From Oscillatoriales cyanobacterium bin_317 (GTDB lineage: Bacteria; Cyanobacteriota; Cyanobacteriia; Leptolyngbyales; Leptolyngbyaceae): DNA of 34,696 nt. Of the stretch, positions 18,282 through 27,527 are shown piece after piece. A program made the translations under genes and the position numbers. The notes under the pieces are model-generated. The model was given only the letters and a program-made list of their open reading frames with translations, made no database searches and was not told the DNA's origin. The stretch is from the NCBI GenBank assembly GCA_037442585.1, contig JBBIQC010000001.1:5327-40022 (forward strand), read 5' to 3'. Positions within the stretch are counted from its first letter, which is position 1, and the number at the start of each line of letters is the position of its first letter.

Positions 18282-19082
18282 ATGGATGAGCGGTTACAAA
18301 AAGTGTTATCGAGTTGGGGCGTGGCTTCCCGCCGTCAGGCTGAGCAACTGATCAGGCAGGGACGAATCCAGGTTAATCATGAAATTGCCCATCTGGGGCA
18401 GAAGGTGGATCCTGAGCGCGATCGCATTTGTGTGGATGGAGTGTTGGTGAGTCCCGCCATTCAGCCCGACCCGCTGTACTTATTGCTGAATAAACCAGCA
18501 GGAGTCGTATCTACCTGTGACGATCCCTGGGGTCGTCGTACTGTTCTCGATCTGTTGCCCAAAGACTTGCAGCAGGGACAGGGACTGCATCCCGTGGGAC
18601 GATTGGATGCTGAGTCTACAGGCGCGTTGTTGCTGACCAACGATGGTGACCTGACCTTTTACCTGACCCATCCCCGTCATCACATTCCTAAGACTTACCG
18701 GGTCTGGGTGGCGGGCTATCCGACTCAGGAGACATTGCGCCAGTGGCGGCAGGGAATCCTGCTGGAAGGCCGTAAAACCTTACCTGCCCAAGTTTCTGTG
18801 GTGCAGCGCCATCCCGATCGCAAGACGTTACTGGAAATCGTGCTGAAGGAAGGTCGCAATCGGCAAATTCGCCGGGTAGCCGATCAGTTAGGTCATCCCG
18901 TTTTGCAGTTACATCGCACTGCGATCGGGCCAATTCGGCTACAAAACCCTGGAGTACCCGAGGTTCTACCAGGGTGCTACCGCCCTTTAACTGATACGGA
19001 GGTGGGTTTCTTGAACTCCCAAATTGCCCTAACATTTATTAATAATAGGGAGCCAATGAAACGTGAGGAGTGCAGTGTATGA
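18282..19082 (+). CDS. rRNA pseudouridine synthase (RsuA/RluB family)
   Basis: S4 domain ERLQKVL...SRRQAE, LNKPAG, catalytic HPVGRLD, EGRNRQIRR. Confidence 0.95.
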   Translation: MDERLQKVLSSWGVASRRQAEQLIRQGRIQVNHEIAHLGQKVDPERDRICVDGVLVSPAIQPDPLYLLLNKPAGVVSTCDDPWGRRTVLDLLPKDLQQGQGLHPVGRLDAESTGALLLTNDGDLTFYLTHPRHHIPKTYRVWVAGYPTQETLRQWRQGILLEGRKTLPAQVSVVQRHPDRKTLLEIVLKEGRNRQIRRVADQLGHPVLQLHRTAIGPIRLQNPGVPEVLPGCYRPLTDTEVGFLNSQIALTFINNREPMKREECSV

Positions 19083-19936
19083 AAAATCAGGCTCTTCAAA
19101 AGATGGGCAATGAACAGGCAGAACTCCTGAGAGAAATTGGTGCTTATCTACGTCAGGTGCGACAACTTCAGGAATTATCGCTGGAAACAGTCGCCTCGAT
19201 CACCAAAATTCCTGTCCGCACGCTGCAGGCGATCGAAGACGGGAATTTAGAACAGTTGCCTGAGCCTGTTTATATTCAGGGCTTTATTCGTCGCTATGCG
19301 GATGCGATCGGGGCTGATGGCGCAGAGCTTGCTAATGCTTTTCCCACGGGAGCCATCATCAGGCCAGTGAAGCCCACCTGGAAGAGTACCTTCAAAGCTC
19401 AATTGCGGCCACTCCATCTCTATGTTCTGTATATGCTGCTCGTGGTGGGCGCGGTCAGTGGTTTATCTTATACCCTGAATCGCTCTGCCAGTCAGGCAGG
19501 CCGCTATGCGTATTTGACAAAACCCGTTTCACCCGGTCAGTATGTTGCTCCCGGCTCGACTGAGTTTTATGGCCCTCCTGCCCCCACTCAAATTGGTAAA
19601 ACTGCTGCTAAAAAAATAGCTCCAACCACGTCTGGTAAGCTTGTACGAGTGGGATTGACGTTGACGGCCCAATCCTGGTTACGCATCACTGTGGATGGTA
19701 AAACAGAGTTTGAGGGAGTTTTACCTGAGGGAACCCAACGCACCTGGGAAGCCAACAAACAGGTGGTAGTGCGGGCCGGAGACGCAGGAGCCGTGTTGGT
19801 AAGTCATAATGAGGAAAAACCCCAACTTATGGGGGAACCGGGAGCCGTTGAAGAAAAACAGTTTGATGCCAGCTCTCATGCCAGTGGTCAGTCTCTCGTG
19901 TCTCCCACGACGACGGCCCAAAATACGGTTTTGTAG
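19079..19936 (+). CDS. rodZ: RodZ-like protein (HTH, TM, DUF4115)
   Basis: IG.YLRQ.R...LQAIE.G...LPEPVYIQGFIRRYA, one TM helix, C-terminal SWLRITVDGK...RAGDAGAV; ATGA overlap with the upstream gene. Confidence 0.88.
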   Translation: MKNQALQKMGNEQAELLREIGAYLRQVRQLQELSLETVASITKIPVRTLQAIEDGNLEQLPEPVYIQGFIRRYADAIGADGAELANAFPTGAIIRPVKPTWKSTFKAQLRPLHLYVLYMLLVVGAVSGLSYTLNRSASQAGRYAYLTKPVSPGQYVAPGSTEFYGPPAPTQIGKTAAKKIAPTTSGKLVRVGLTLTAQSWLRITVDGKTEFEGVLPEGTQRTWEANKQVVVRAGDAGAVLVSHNEEKPQLMGEPGAVEEKQFDASSHASGQSLVSPTTTAQNTVL

Positions 19937-19943
19937 TTTGGTC

Positions 19944-20071
19944 TAGAAGCTGGGTTTCTTTCCGAGAAGGTCAGCGATCTTGATGTTCTCAAGGCAGAAA
20001 TCCGCTTTCTAAGATGTGGCTTCTAAAGCAAGCCAAAGAAATCTTGATGTGAAGGCAGCAACCCGGTTTCT
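19944..20071. repeat. Three degenerate AGAAACCCGGTTTCT-family units between rodZ and mutL
   Basis: agaagctgggtttct (about 19945), agaaatccgctttct (about 19996), agcaacccggtttct (about 20057). Confidence 0.7.
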
Positions 20072-20093
20072 AGGACTAGAGTGGCTAAGGCTT

Positions 20094-21845
20094 ATGCAAT
20101 CCGGGATTGAACCGCTACCTGTCGAAGTCGTGCATCTGATTGCGGCGGGTGAGGTGATTGATTCGCTGGCAGCGGTCGTGCGAGAGCTGGCAGAAAATGC
20201 GCTGGATGCCGGAGCCACGCGGATTACGATCGCCCTCTGGCCCGATCAATGGCGAGTCCGGGTTGCCGATAATGGAACCGGCATGGGGTTACAGGATTTA
20301 CAGCAAGCGGCCTCTCCCCATAGCACCAGCAAAATTCGCGATCGGGCCGATCTCTGGCACATCACCAGCCTGGGATTTCGGGGAGAAGCCCTGTATAGTC
20401 TGGCGCAATTGGCGGAATTGGCCATTGCCAGTCGCCCGATCGCCCCGGCTGCCAAGGGGACAGCCCCTGATCTGGAAGCCGGAGAAGGCTGGCTGGTGAC
20501 CTACAATTCCCTGGGTGAAGCGGTGCAGACTCGCCCTGTGGCGATCGCTCCGGGAACGATCGTCACCGTGGATCAATTGTTCGCTAATTTACCGGCACGT
20601 CGTCAGGGCTTGCCTTCGTTTACCCAACAGCTAAAAGCGGTACAGGCGACCATTCACCAATTGGCCCTGGGTCATCCTCATGTCACCTGGCATGTGCAGC
20701 AAAATGAGCGAGACTGGTTTACTTTGTTTGCCGGTGCTACAGCCCGTGAAATTCTGCCGCAAGTGCTGAGAGATGTGCAGGTTCATGATTTGCGAGAACT
20801 GGAGATTGACGTTCAACCCGTAGAAAATGGCAGCCTGTCCACGTCTGACCTGTTCCTGGGCAGTCGCTCCCTGTATGTGTTGTTGGGATTGCCCGATCGC
20901 TGTCATCGTCATCGGGCGGACTGGATTCGCGTTGCGATCAATGGCCGATTTGTCCATTTACCGGAGTTAGAACAGGCGATTTTGACGGGGTTTCGCCGTA
21001 CCTTACCCCGCGATCGCTATCCTGTCTGCATCGTACAGTTACAAGTTCCACCGGAGCAGGTGGACTGGAATCGCCATCCCGCCAAATCAGAAGTCTATTT
21101 GCATCACTTGAAGTTCTGGTGTGAGCAGATTGTGGCGGCGATCGCACAAACTCTACAACTCAACCCAAATACTCTCCCGGAAAGTTTTCATTCCAGGCGG
21201 TTGGGGCAACTGTTGAAAACGGCAGAAACTGCAGGGGAATATGCTGTGGAGCAGAGTGGGAGTGAGGCTGAAACAGAAGAAGTCATCAACCAGGCATCCG
21301 GGTTGAAGTCCTTAAAAGCGATCGCTCAGGTACACCAAACCTACATTCTGGCAGAACACGCTGAGGGAATCTGGCTGCTGGAACAACATATTGTCCATGA
21401 ACGAGTGCTGTATGAGCAGTTGGTAGATCGCTGGCAGATTGTTCCTTTACCTACTCCCATCATCTTGAACCAACTCACCCCCGCCCAGCTAGAACAGTTG
21501 CAACGGTTGGGACTGGAAGTAGAAGCCTTCGGTGAACAAACCTGGGTCGTGCGATCGGCCCCGGAGATGGTGGCCGATCGGCAAGACTGTGCGGATGCTT
21601 TGCTGGAACTCAGTTTGGGGGGAGATTTACCCACAGCCCAGGCCGCGATCGCCTGCCGCAGTGCAATTCGAAATGGTACGCCCCTGACCTTATCGGAAAT
21701 GCAAACCTTACTCGATCAATGGCAGCAAACCCGGAATCCCCGTACCTGTCCCCACGGTCGGCCCATCTGTCTTACCCTCAGCGAGTCTTCTTTATCTCGC
21801 TTCTTCCGGCGGCACTGGATGATTGGCAAAAGCCACGGTCTTTAA
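20094..21845 (+). CDS. mutL: DNA mismatch repair protein MutL
   Basis: IAAGEVI, ELAENALDAGA, DNGTGM, TSKI, LGFRGEAL, NRHPAK, EQHIVHERVLYE, ACR and CPHGRP. Start placed at MQSGIEPL. Confidence 0.96.
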   Translation: MQSGIEPLPVEVVHLIAAGEVIDSLAAVVRELAENALDAGATRITIALWPDQWRVRVADNGTGMGLQDLQQAASPHSTSKIRDRADLWHITSLGFRGEALYSLAQLAELAIASRPIAPAAKGTAPDLEAGEGWLVTYNSLGEAVQTRPVAIAPGTIVTVDQLFANLPARRQGLPSFTQQLKAVQATIHQLALGHPHVTWHVQQNERDWFTLFAGATAREILPQVLRDVQVHDLRELEIDVQPVENGSLSTSDLFLGSRSLYVLLGLPDRCHRHRADWIRVAINGRFVHLPELEQAILTGFRRTLPRDRYPVCIVQLQVPPEQVDWNRHPAKSEVYLHHLKFWCEQIVAAIAQTLQLNPNTLPESFHSRRLGQLLKTAETAGEYAVEQSGSEAETEEVINQASGLKSLKAIAQVHQTYILAEHAEGIWLLEQHIVHERVLYEQLVDRWQIVPLPTPIILNQLTPAQLEQLQRLGLEVEAFGEQTWVVRSAPEMVADRQDCADALLELSLGGDLPTAQAAIACRSAIRNGTPLTLSEMQTLLDQWQQTRNPRTCPHGRPICLTLSESSLSRFFRRHWMIGKSHGL

Positions 21846-21910
21846 GCAATTTTCGGTAAGGTGGACACTTTCCTCAATGGCGTAAGGTTCTGTAGACAGA
21901 GCCCACCCTT

Positions 21911-22058
21911 TAGGGTGTGCTTTAAAACCTTTTGGTTTTTAATTGATTTTGTAGCGATCCCCCTAAATCCCCCTTAAAAAGGGGGACTTCCAACGGCTCG
22001 GTTCCCTCCTTGTTAAGGAAGGGTAGGGAGGATCGAAGGCTTTTAAAACACAGCTTAG
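21911..22058. mobile_element. MITE-like element (about 148 bp) with an internal CCCCCTTAAAAAGGGGG repeat module
   Basis: Imperfect terminal inverted repeats TAGGGTGTGCTTTAAAACCTT and AAGGCTTTTAAAACACAGCTTAG; internal GATCCCCCTAAATCCCCCTTAAAAAGGGGGACT...TCCTTGTTAAGGAAGGGTAGGGAGGATC. Confidence 0.65.
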
Positions 22059-22436
22059 GATTTGTGGTTAATTCATGTGACAACGAATTTAAGTTGAAAA
22101 TTCTGCAGGTTAGCTATCAGCATAAAACTCATCACCCAAATGAGTGACAATGCGTTAACCCATTCTGTGAGTAATTAAATCTATCTACTGAATATTGGTA
22201 TGTAATGAATTTTTGTCTTAAACAATACAGCTTTTTCAGTCTATTTGTAACTTATATTTCCGCCACAAAATATGTAAATTCACTAATCTTATAGCATTGC
22301 TCAATTGTAATTTTATATTTTTATCGTTTATGCCAGTCAGAGTACTGGCTATATTCAATTGATTCGTTTAAGCTTTTTTTTAATATATTTTGGTAATCCA
22401 TTTGCATCTACTTTGCATTCATCTGGAGCAGACGAC

Positions 22437-23161
22437 ATGTTTACGGTTGAAACCCTTTCGAATGTTTTGAAACCGCTCTCCCAACCTTATAATCTGTGCG
22501 GTCATCCATTTATGATCCGCTTTTCTCAGGGTGGATTTAATGCCGAGCAAATTCGCTGGTGGGCTAAAAAAATGCTCCCCGGATCCAATCGCTTTAATCA
22601 GTCATTTTTGATGGCGATCGCGATGGCCTCCGATGTAGAAGATCGAGTCGTATTGATTGACAATATCTACACTGAGCATGGTTGTTTGGACGTTAAAAAA
22701 GCCCATGTCAATCTCTATATTCGCTTTATGCAAGCGATCGGCTGTGAAAATATCTCAGTCCATGAAGATGACGGCAGCAGCCGGATTCCAGCCCTGGCAT
22801 TCAAGCGGTTTCATGTCGATCCGAATGAGCCTCTAGTGGGTGTTCTCGCTCGTTTTTGGCGATTGAAACCGTCCTTCCCGATCTCTTCCCCATGTATATC
22901 AAAGGTCTGCGTCAGACCTTTAATGGCATCACAGATCATGGGATTGAATATTTCCATATTCACAGCGAACTTGACCCCGATCATCAGGCTGATCTGTTGC
23001 AAGTAATTGCCCGCAATATCCATAGCGATGCAGATCTGGAAACTGTCAAGCACAACTATCAATTAATCTTTGAACAAATTGTAGCCATGTTTGACTACAT
23101 GCTGTTGGAACTGGATCAACAACCCTGGCAATCTGATAAACAGTTGGCCTCTGTAGGTTAG
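22437..23161 (+). pseudogene. Heme-oxygenase-like diiron oxidase (CADD/PqqC/TenA fold), split by a 1-nt deletion at about 22853-22857 (real lesion or sequencing error)
   Basis: Adding one T to CGTTTTTGG joins ORFs 22359..23006 and 22856..23161 into 241 aa with E80, H90, E144, H176, D180 and H183. GGAG RBS upstream of ATG 22437. Confidence 0.85.
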
Positions 23162-23211
23162 ATGGCTGGTTCTATGAGATCTTGCTCACTGGAAGATTTT
23201 TGAAGGCTGAT

Positions 23212-23249
23212 AGCCGAGGATCAGGTTAATGCCGGATTCCTCGGCTTTT
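23212..23249 (+). terminator. Hairpin plus short T-run between the oxidase and the methyltransferase
   Basis: AGCCGAGGA...TCCTCGGCT followed by TTT. Confidence 0.55.
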
Positions 23250-23314
23250 CTGGTAATTTCTGGCAATTGTATTGACCCAGGCAGACTGTTTACTCAGGCA
23301 GAAGAGGAGATTGT

Positions 23315-24367
23315 ATGAGTCAAGTGATATTAGAGAGCGATCGCGATCAGGTGGCACCGATCCAACGCCCCAAAAGTAATGAGAGCCGACTGTGGGATAT
23401 TGTTTTGGGGCATTTCAACTATCACATGCTGCTGGTTGCTCATGATCTGGGGTTGTTTCCCCTACTGGCACAAAAGCCACAAACATTAGAAAAGATTGCC
23501 GAGGCTCTGAATCTGGCTCATCGGGCAACCCAGGCCATGTTGACCGCCTGCGGTTCGATGGAGTTAGTGCAGGTCGATCGCGGTTATTATAGGCTGACGC
23601 AACTCGCTCAGGACTACTTATTGGCAACCAGCCCGACTTATTTTGGTGGCTTCTTGACTATGGTGGCCGCCAATCATCAGGTCAACAGCTATCCCAGTTT
23701 GCAAAAAGCTATCCTGACCAACTCATCCCAGGTCTACGCCAATGGCAAGCTGTTTCAATCCCATGAAGAGCAAGCGGCACTGGCACGGGCGTTTACCCTG
23801 GCGATGCATGGGCATAGTATGGGCGCGGCTCTGGCCTGGACAAAGATCTTTGATTTGTCTGAACATCGGGTACTGCTGGATATTGGCGGTGGATCGGGTG
23901 CTCATGCGATCGCTGCCGTACTGCAATCACCCCCATTACGAGCGATCGTTGCGGATTTACCACCCGTGTGCCAGGTGGCTGATGAGTTGATTGCGGGTCA
24001 TCATTTGCAATCCCGAATTGCCACTCAACCCCTGGATATGTGGCAGGATGATTTTCCCCAGGCGGATCTCCACTTTTATGCCGATATCTATCATGACTGG
24101 CCGCCGGAAAAAGGAGAATTTTTAACCCGCAAAAGCTTTGAGAGTTTACCGTCGGGAGGACGGATTCTCCTGCATGAGATGCTGTTGAATGACACCAAGA
24201 CTGGCCCACTGGCCGCTGCAAATTACAACACCGCCATGATGCTATGGACAGAAGGACAGCAGTATTCTCGATCGGAACTGGTGGGGATGCTGGAGCAGGC
24301 TGGTTTTGCTGCTATTCAGATCATTCCCAATGGCTATTGGAGCCTGATCACTGGACGTAAACTGTAG
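23315..24367 (+). CDS. Class II SAM-dependent O/N-methyltransferase with dimerisation domain
   Basis: N-terminal wHTH (DLGLFPLL...EKIAEAL), LLDIGGGSG, ADLPPV, LDMW, YHDW, LPSGGRILLHE; GAGGAG RBS. Confidence 0.93.
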   Translation: MSQVILESDRDQVAPIQRPKSNESRLWDIVLGHFNYHMLLVAHDLGLFPLLAQKPQTLEKIAEALNLAHRATQAMLTACGSMELVQVDRGYYRLTQLAQDYLLATSPTYFGGFLTMVAANHQVNSYPSLQKAILTNSSQVYANGKLFQSHEEQAALARAFTLAMHGHSMGAALAWTKIFDLSEHRVLLDIGGGSGAHAIAAVLQSPPLRAIVADLPPVCQVADELIAGHHLQSRIATQPLDMWQDDFPQADLHFYADIYHDWPPEKGEFLTRKSFESLPSGGRILLHEMLLNDTKTGPLAAANYNTAMMLWTEGQQYSRSELVGMLEQAGFAAIQIIPNGYWSLITGRKL

Positions 24368-24372
24368 GTGAT

Positions 24373-26103
24373 TTAGGTGGCTTGTTTGATGGGGATTGAG
24401 ATCACAAATTCCGCCCCCTGGCCAAGAGCAGAATTGCACTGCAACGAGCCACCATGACGCTCGGTAATGATTTGATAGCTAATCGAAAGCCCCATTCCAG
24501 TTCCTTTACCAACGGGTTTGGTGGTGAAGAACGGGTCAAAGAGTCGGGTTTTGATGGATTCAGGGATGCCTGGGCCATTGTCCGCAATTTGAATGGCAAT
24601 TTGATTGGACTCTGTTTGCCAAGTCGTTAGCGTAATCGTTGGCCTGAAGTCGGCTGGGGTGGTGAATCTGACTTCATTGAGTGCATCGATCGCATTCGTC
24701 AAAATATTCATAAACACCTGGTTGAGTTCCCCAGCAAAGCATTCAATCAGGGGCAGGGGGCTGTAGTTTTTGATGACTTGAATGGCAGGATGGTCGTCCT
24801 TTGCTTTCAGGCGATGCTCCAAGATCATCAGGGTGCTATCGATGCCATCGTGGATGTCTACCTGTTTAAGTTCTGCTTCATCCATGCGCGAAAACGTGCG
24901 TAGTGACAGCACAATCTGCCGGATGCGATCGGCCCCTACTTTCATGGATGCCAGCACTTTGGGTAAATCCTGCATCAGGAAGTCTAGATCAACGTCCTCA
25001 ATGGCGGTTTGAATGGCTGTGTCTGGATGCGGGTAGTGCTCATAGTACAACTTAAGCAGCTTCAAAAGGTCTTGCACATACTCACCTGCATGGATCACAT
25101 TCCCATAGATAAAGTTGACCGGGTTATTAATCTCATGGGCGACTCCAGCCACCAGTTGTCCCAGGCTGGACATTTTTTCACTCTGGATTAATTGCAATTG
25201 CGTAGTCTGCAATTTTTGCAACGTGGTAGTGAGTTCCTGGGCTTGCTGCCGCAACTTGGCTTCAGATTGTTGCAGTTGTAGTTCTGCTTGTTTGCGATCG
25301 CTGACATCGCGAGCAATACCTTGTAACCCCACCACATTGCCATTCGCATCAACAATCGGTGAACTATTACAAACAATCCAACACCAGGATCCATCCTTGC
25401 GTTGAGTGCGAAACTCCAGACCAGAATCCCGTTGTCGCGTCTGCATCACCCATTGTGCCGAGCGGATAACTTTCGCCATATCCTCTGGATGCACAATTTC
25501 GGCAAAGGATTTGCCCTCAAAGTCGGCTAATTCATACCCCCACATCTCGTGAAATTGGGGAGAAAGATAGGTAAAGTTGCCATCCAGACCGATCATGTAG
25601 GTCAGATCGTTAGCGGATTCAACCAGACGACGGAACTTTTCTTCACTTTCCGTGAGAGCCGCTTCAATCAAGGCGCGATCGTCCTGTGCCCTGGAGTAGC
25701 TTTCCAGGACCGCCAGTTTCTGGGCGGTAATATCCTCTCGCAGTACAATTAGCCCACCCGGATTGCCACTCGCCTCCCACCAGGGACTGACTCGCCAATT
25801 GAGCCAGCCAGTTGCCGTTGGTGAAATTTGGGTAAATTCTTCTCGTTGGGCTACTGTCCCTTCCGTCAGGCTTTGTTGGTAGAAAAGCCGCCACTCATCT
25901 GACTCATGGGAAACCGTTTCCAGATGGGATTGACCCAGCAGATCGGCCTCATCCCATCCCCCACTCGCACGCCACTGGCGGCTGGTGCACAGGTAGTTCA
26001 ACTGGTTATCTAGCACTGCCACTGCTATAGGAGCATAAGCTAAAAACGCAGGTAAGGAAGGCATTCCGATCGCTGACTCCGTGATCTGGATAACTTCAGC
26101 CAT
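24373..26103 (-). CDS. Cytoplasmic sensor histidine kinase with two PAS domains
   Basis: PAS (APIAVAVLD...W), PAS/PAC (IVHPED...RKDGSWCW), EKMSSLGQLVAGVAHEINNP, DNGPG, FTTKPVGKGTGMGL. Confidence 0.95.
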   Translation of the reverse strand: MAEVIQITESAIGMPSLPAFLAYAPIAVAVLDNQLNYLCTSRQWRASGGWDEADLLGQSHLETVSHESDEWRLFYQQSLTEGTVAQREEFTQISPTATGWLNWRVSPWWEASGNPGGLIVLREDITAQKLAVLESYSRAQDDRALIEAALTESEEKFRRLVESANDLTYMIGLDGNFTYLSPQFHEMWGYELADFEGKSFAEIVHPEDMAKVIRSAQWVMQTRQRDSGLEFRTQRKDGSWCWIVCNSSPIVDANGNVVGLQGIARDVSDRKQAELQLQQSEAKLRQQAQELTTTLQKLQTTQLQLIQSEKMSSLGQLVAGVAHEINNPVNFIYGNVIHAGEYVQDLLKLLKLYYEHYPHPDTAIQTAIEDVDLDFLMQDLPKVLASMKVGADRIRQIVLSLRTFSRMDEAELKQVDIHDGIDSTLMILEHRLKAKDDHPAIQVIKNYSPLPLIECFAGELNQVFMNILTNAIDALNEVRFTTPADFRPTITLTTWQTESNQIAIQIADNGPGIPESIKTRLFDPFFTTKPVGKGTGMGLSISYQIITERHGGSLQCNSALGQGAEFVISIPIKQAT

Positions 26104-26524
26104 GGCAAGTACTAAAAATAGCTAAGGGATATATCTACAATTCCCATTTCCAACAAACTTTATCTGATCAAAATATTTCTTCGAGAAAATATACACAGCA
26201 AAGGAAATACTCCGCATGAGCTGATACGAGCGATTCATCATTGGCGATCGGGTTCAAGCTTGAATCATGGGAACGGTGTCCCCCAAGGGCTGGAAGTCGT
26301 TGTGGTATCATTCCACCGATCCTGATATACGTATATCTGCGTAAAAAGGCGTATTTCGCTGCAAGTAAATGAGCAAAATCACAGAAATTTAGTTGATTTT
26401 ACTTATCCAACGATTAAAAAATCGTGTACGCTTAGTTAACCTATAGAAAACTGAGAGTTTGTTTCAAAACTTTACACAAGATGTAAAATTTTTTAAGAAT
26501 ATGGATCCATTTCCAGGAGGAACT

Positions 26525-26707
26525 GTGAATGCCCGGTTAATTGAGTTTTTGCAGGAAGAGTTGGCAATTCCTGAGCGCTCCATTGCGATCGCCCTGCGCC
26601 ATCAGCAGGAGTCTACTCCCAACCTGCTGCCCATGATTCTCTGGCAGTATGGGCTGATTACCCTGGAGGATCTGGATAAGATTTTTGATTGGATGGAAAC
26701 GGCTTAA
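26525..26707 (+). CDS. DUF2949 family protein
   Basis: LIEFLQEELAI...LPMILWQYGLITLEDLDKIFDW; AGGAGG RBS before GTG at 26525. Confidence 0.88.
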   Translation: MNARLIEFLQEELAIPERSIAIALRHQQESTPNLLPMILWQYGLITLEDLDKIFDWMETA

Positions 26708-26724
26708 AGAATTATGAGAGCGGC

Positions 26725-27213
26725 TTAACCAATCTGAGTTGACTTATAAATGCGGCTGGGTGGAGGGGGAGCTACCAGTGAATGTTGCATTGCTTCCATT
26801 TTCTGATTCAGTTCCCGAATGCGACGGGATAGCAGGCGAATAATGTTAACGGCAATTCCTGGGGTTTCCTCAATCGCTTCATACAATTGCTGCTGGGTTA
26901 ATATTAAGCACTCCGAGGGGAGAAGGGTGGTCACGGAGGCCGATCGTGGCTCTGCATCAAACAAAGACATTTCACCAAAACATGCTCCCTGCTCAAGCTG
27001 TACCAGTTCCCGATCCTCAATGTGAACCCGTACCCGCCCCGAAACAACAATGTAGAGCGATCGCCCCTCCTGCCCCTTCCTGAAGATCCTGTGATTGGCC
27101 GGAAAAGCGAGTTCATTCATGACAGAAGCCAGTCTCACTAAAAAGTCATCCCGCAATTCCTTAAAAATGGGGACTTCACGAATAAATAGTAAGCGTTCAA
27201 AGCTAGAGAGCAT
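26725..27213 (-). CDS. Stand-alone cyclic nucleotide-binding domain protein
   Basis: IFRKGQEGRSLYIVVSGRV, FGEMSLFDAEPRSASV phosphate-binding cassette and C-helix; no Crp HTH. Start placed at MLSSFER. Confidence 0.9.
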   Translation of the reverse strand: MLSSFERLLFIREVPIFKELRDDFLVRLASVMNELAFPANHRIFRKGQEGRSLYIVVSGRVRVHIEDRELVQLEQGACFGEMSLFDAEPRSASVTTLLPSECLILTQQQLYEAIEETPGIAVNIIRLLSRRIRELNQKMEAMQHSLVAPPPPSRIYKSTQIG

Positions 27214-27527
27214 AGAGACGTTTTGACCGGGTGGATGCTGGCCCAATCCCAAAAGGCATGCAGTCTATTATCACCAGAATTCCCCAGAATACTGAATTTA
27301 CTTTCTGAAAGCAGTGCAATCTTTAAATGCCAGTAGATTTTAATCGCTTGCAATTCTAACTATCGACCTGACTGAAATCCTTTTTTCAACAGTAAAAAGT
27401 CCCTCAAAATCCGGCCATGCCTGGGTTATTTCGTCCAGAGATTTGCCCATACTGAGCGCAAAGTATTGTTTGTAACATCTCTCAAGAACTCACAGGACAA
27501 AAGTAGTTGGTCGGGAAAAAATTGAAA

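Noticed and set aside
19944-20071. Three regularly spaced repeats resembling a mini CRISPR array
   Set aside because: Units are only about 15 nt and degenerate, spacing is unequal, no cas genes are present, and the same motif occurs at 10141 as a dispersed repeat.
21381-21416. MutL endonuclease motif reading EQHIVHE rather than DQHAxxE
   Set aside because: An EQHI-type variant is recalled as common in cyanobacterial MutL, and the ACR and CPHGRP motifs are intact, so it is not treated as novel.
22437-23161. Annotation as pqqC or thiaminase II (tenA)
   Set aside because: No pqqABDE or thiamine context, and the full diiron ligand set fits the CADD-like oxidase branch better.
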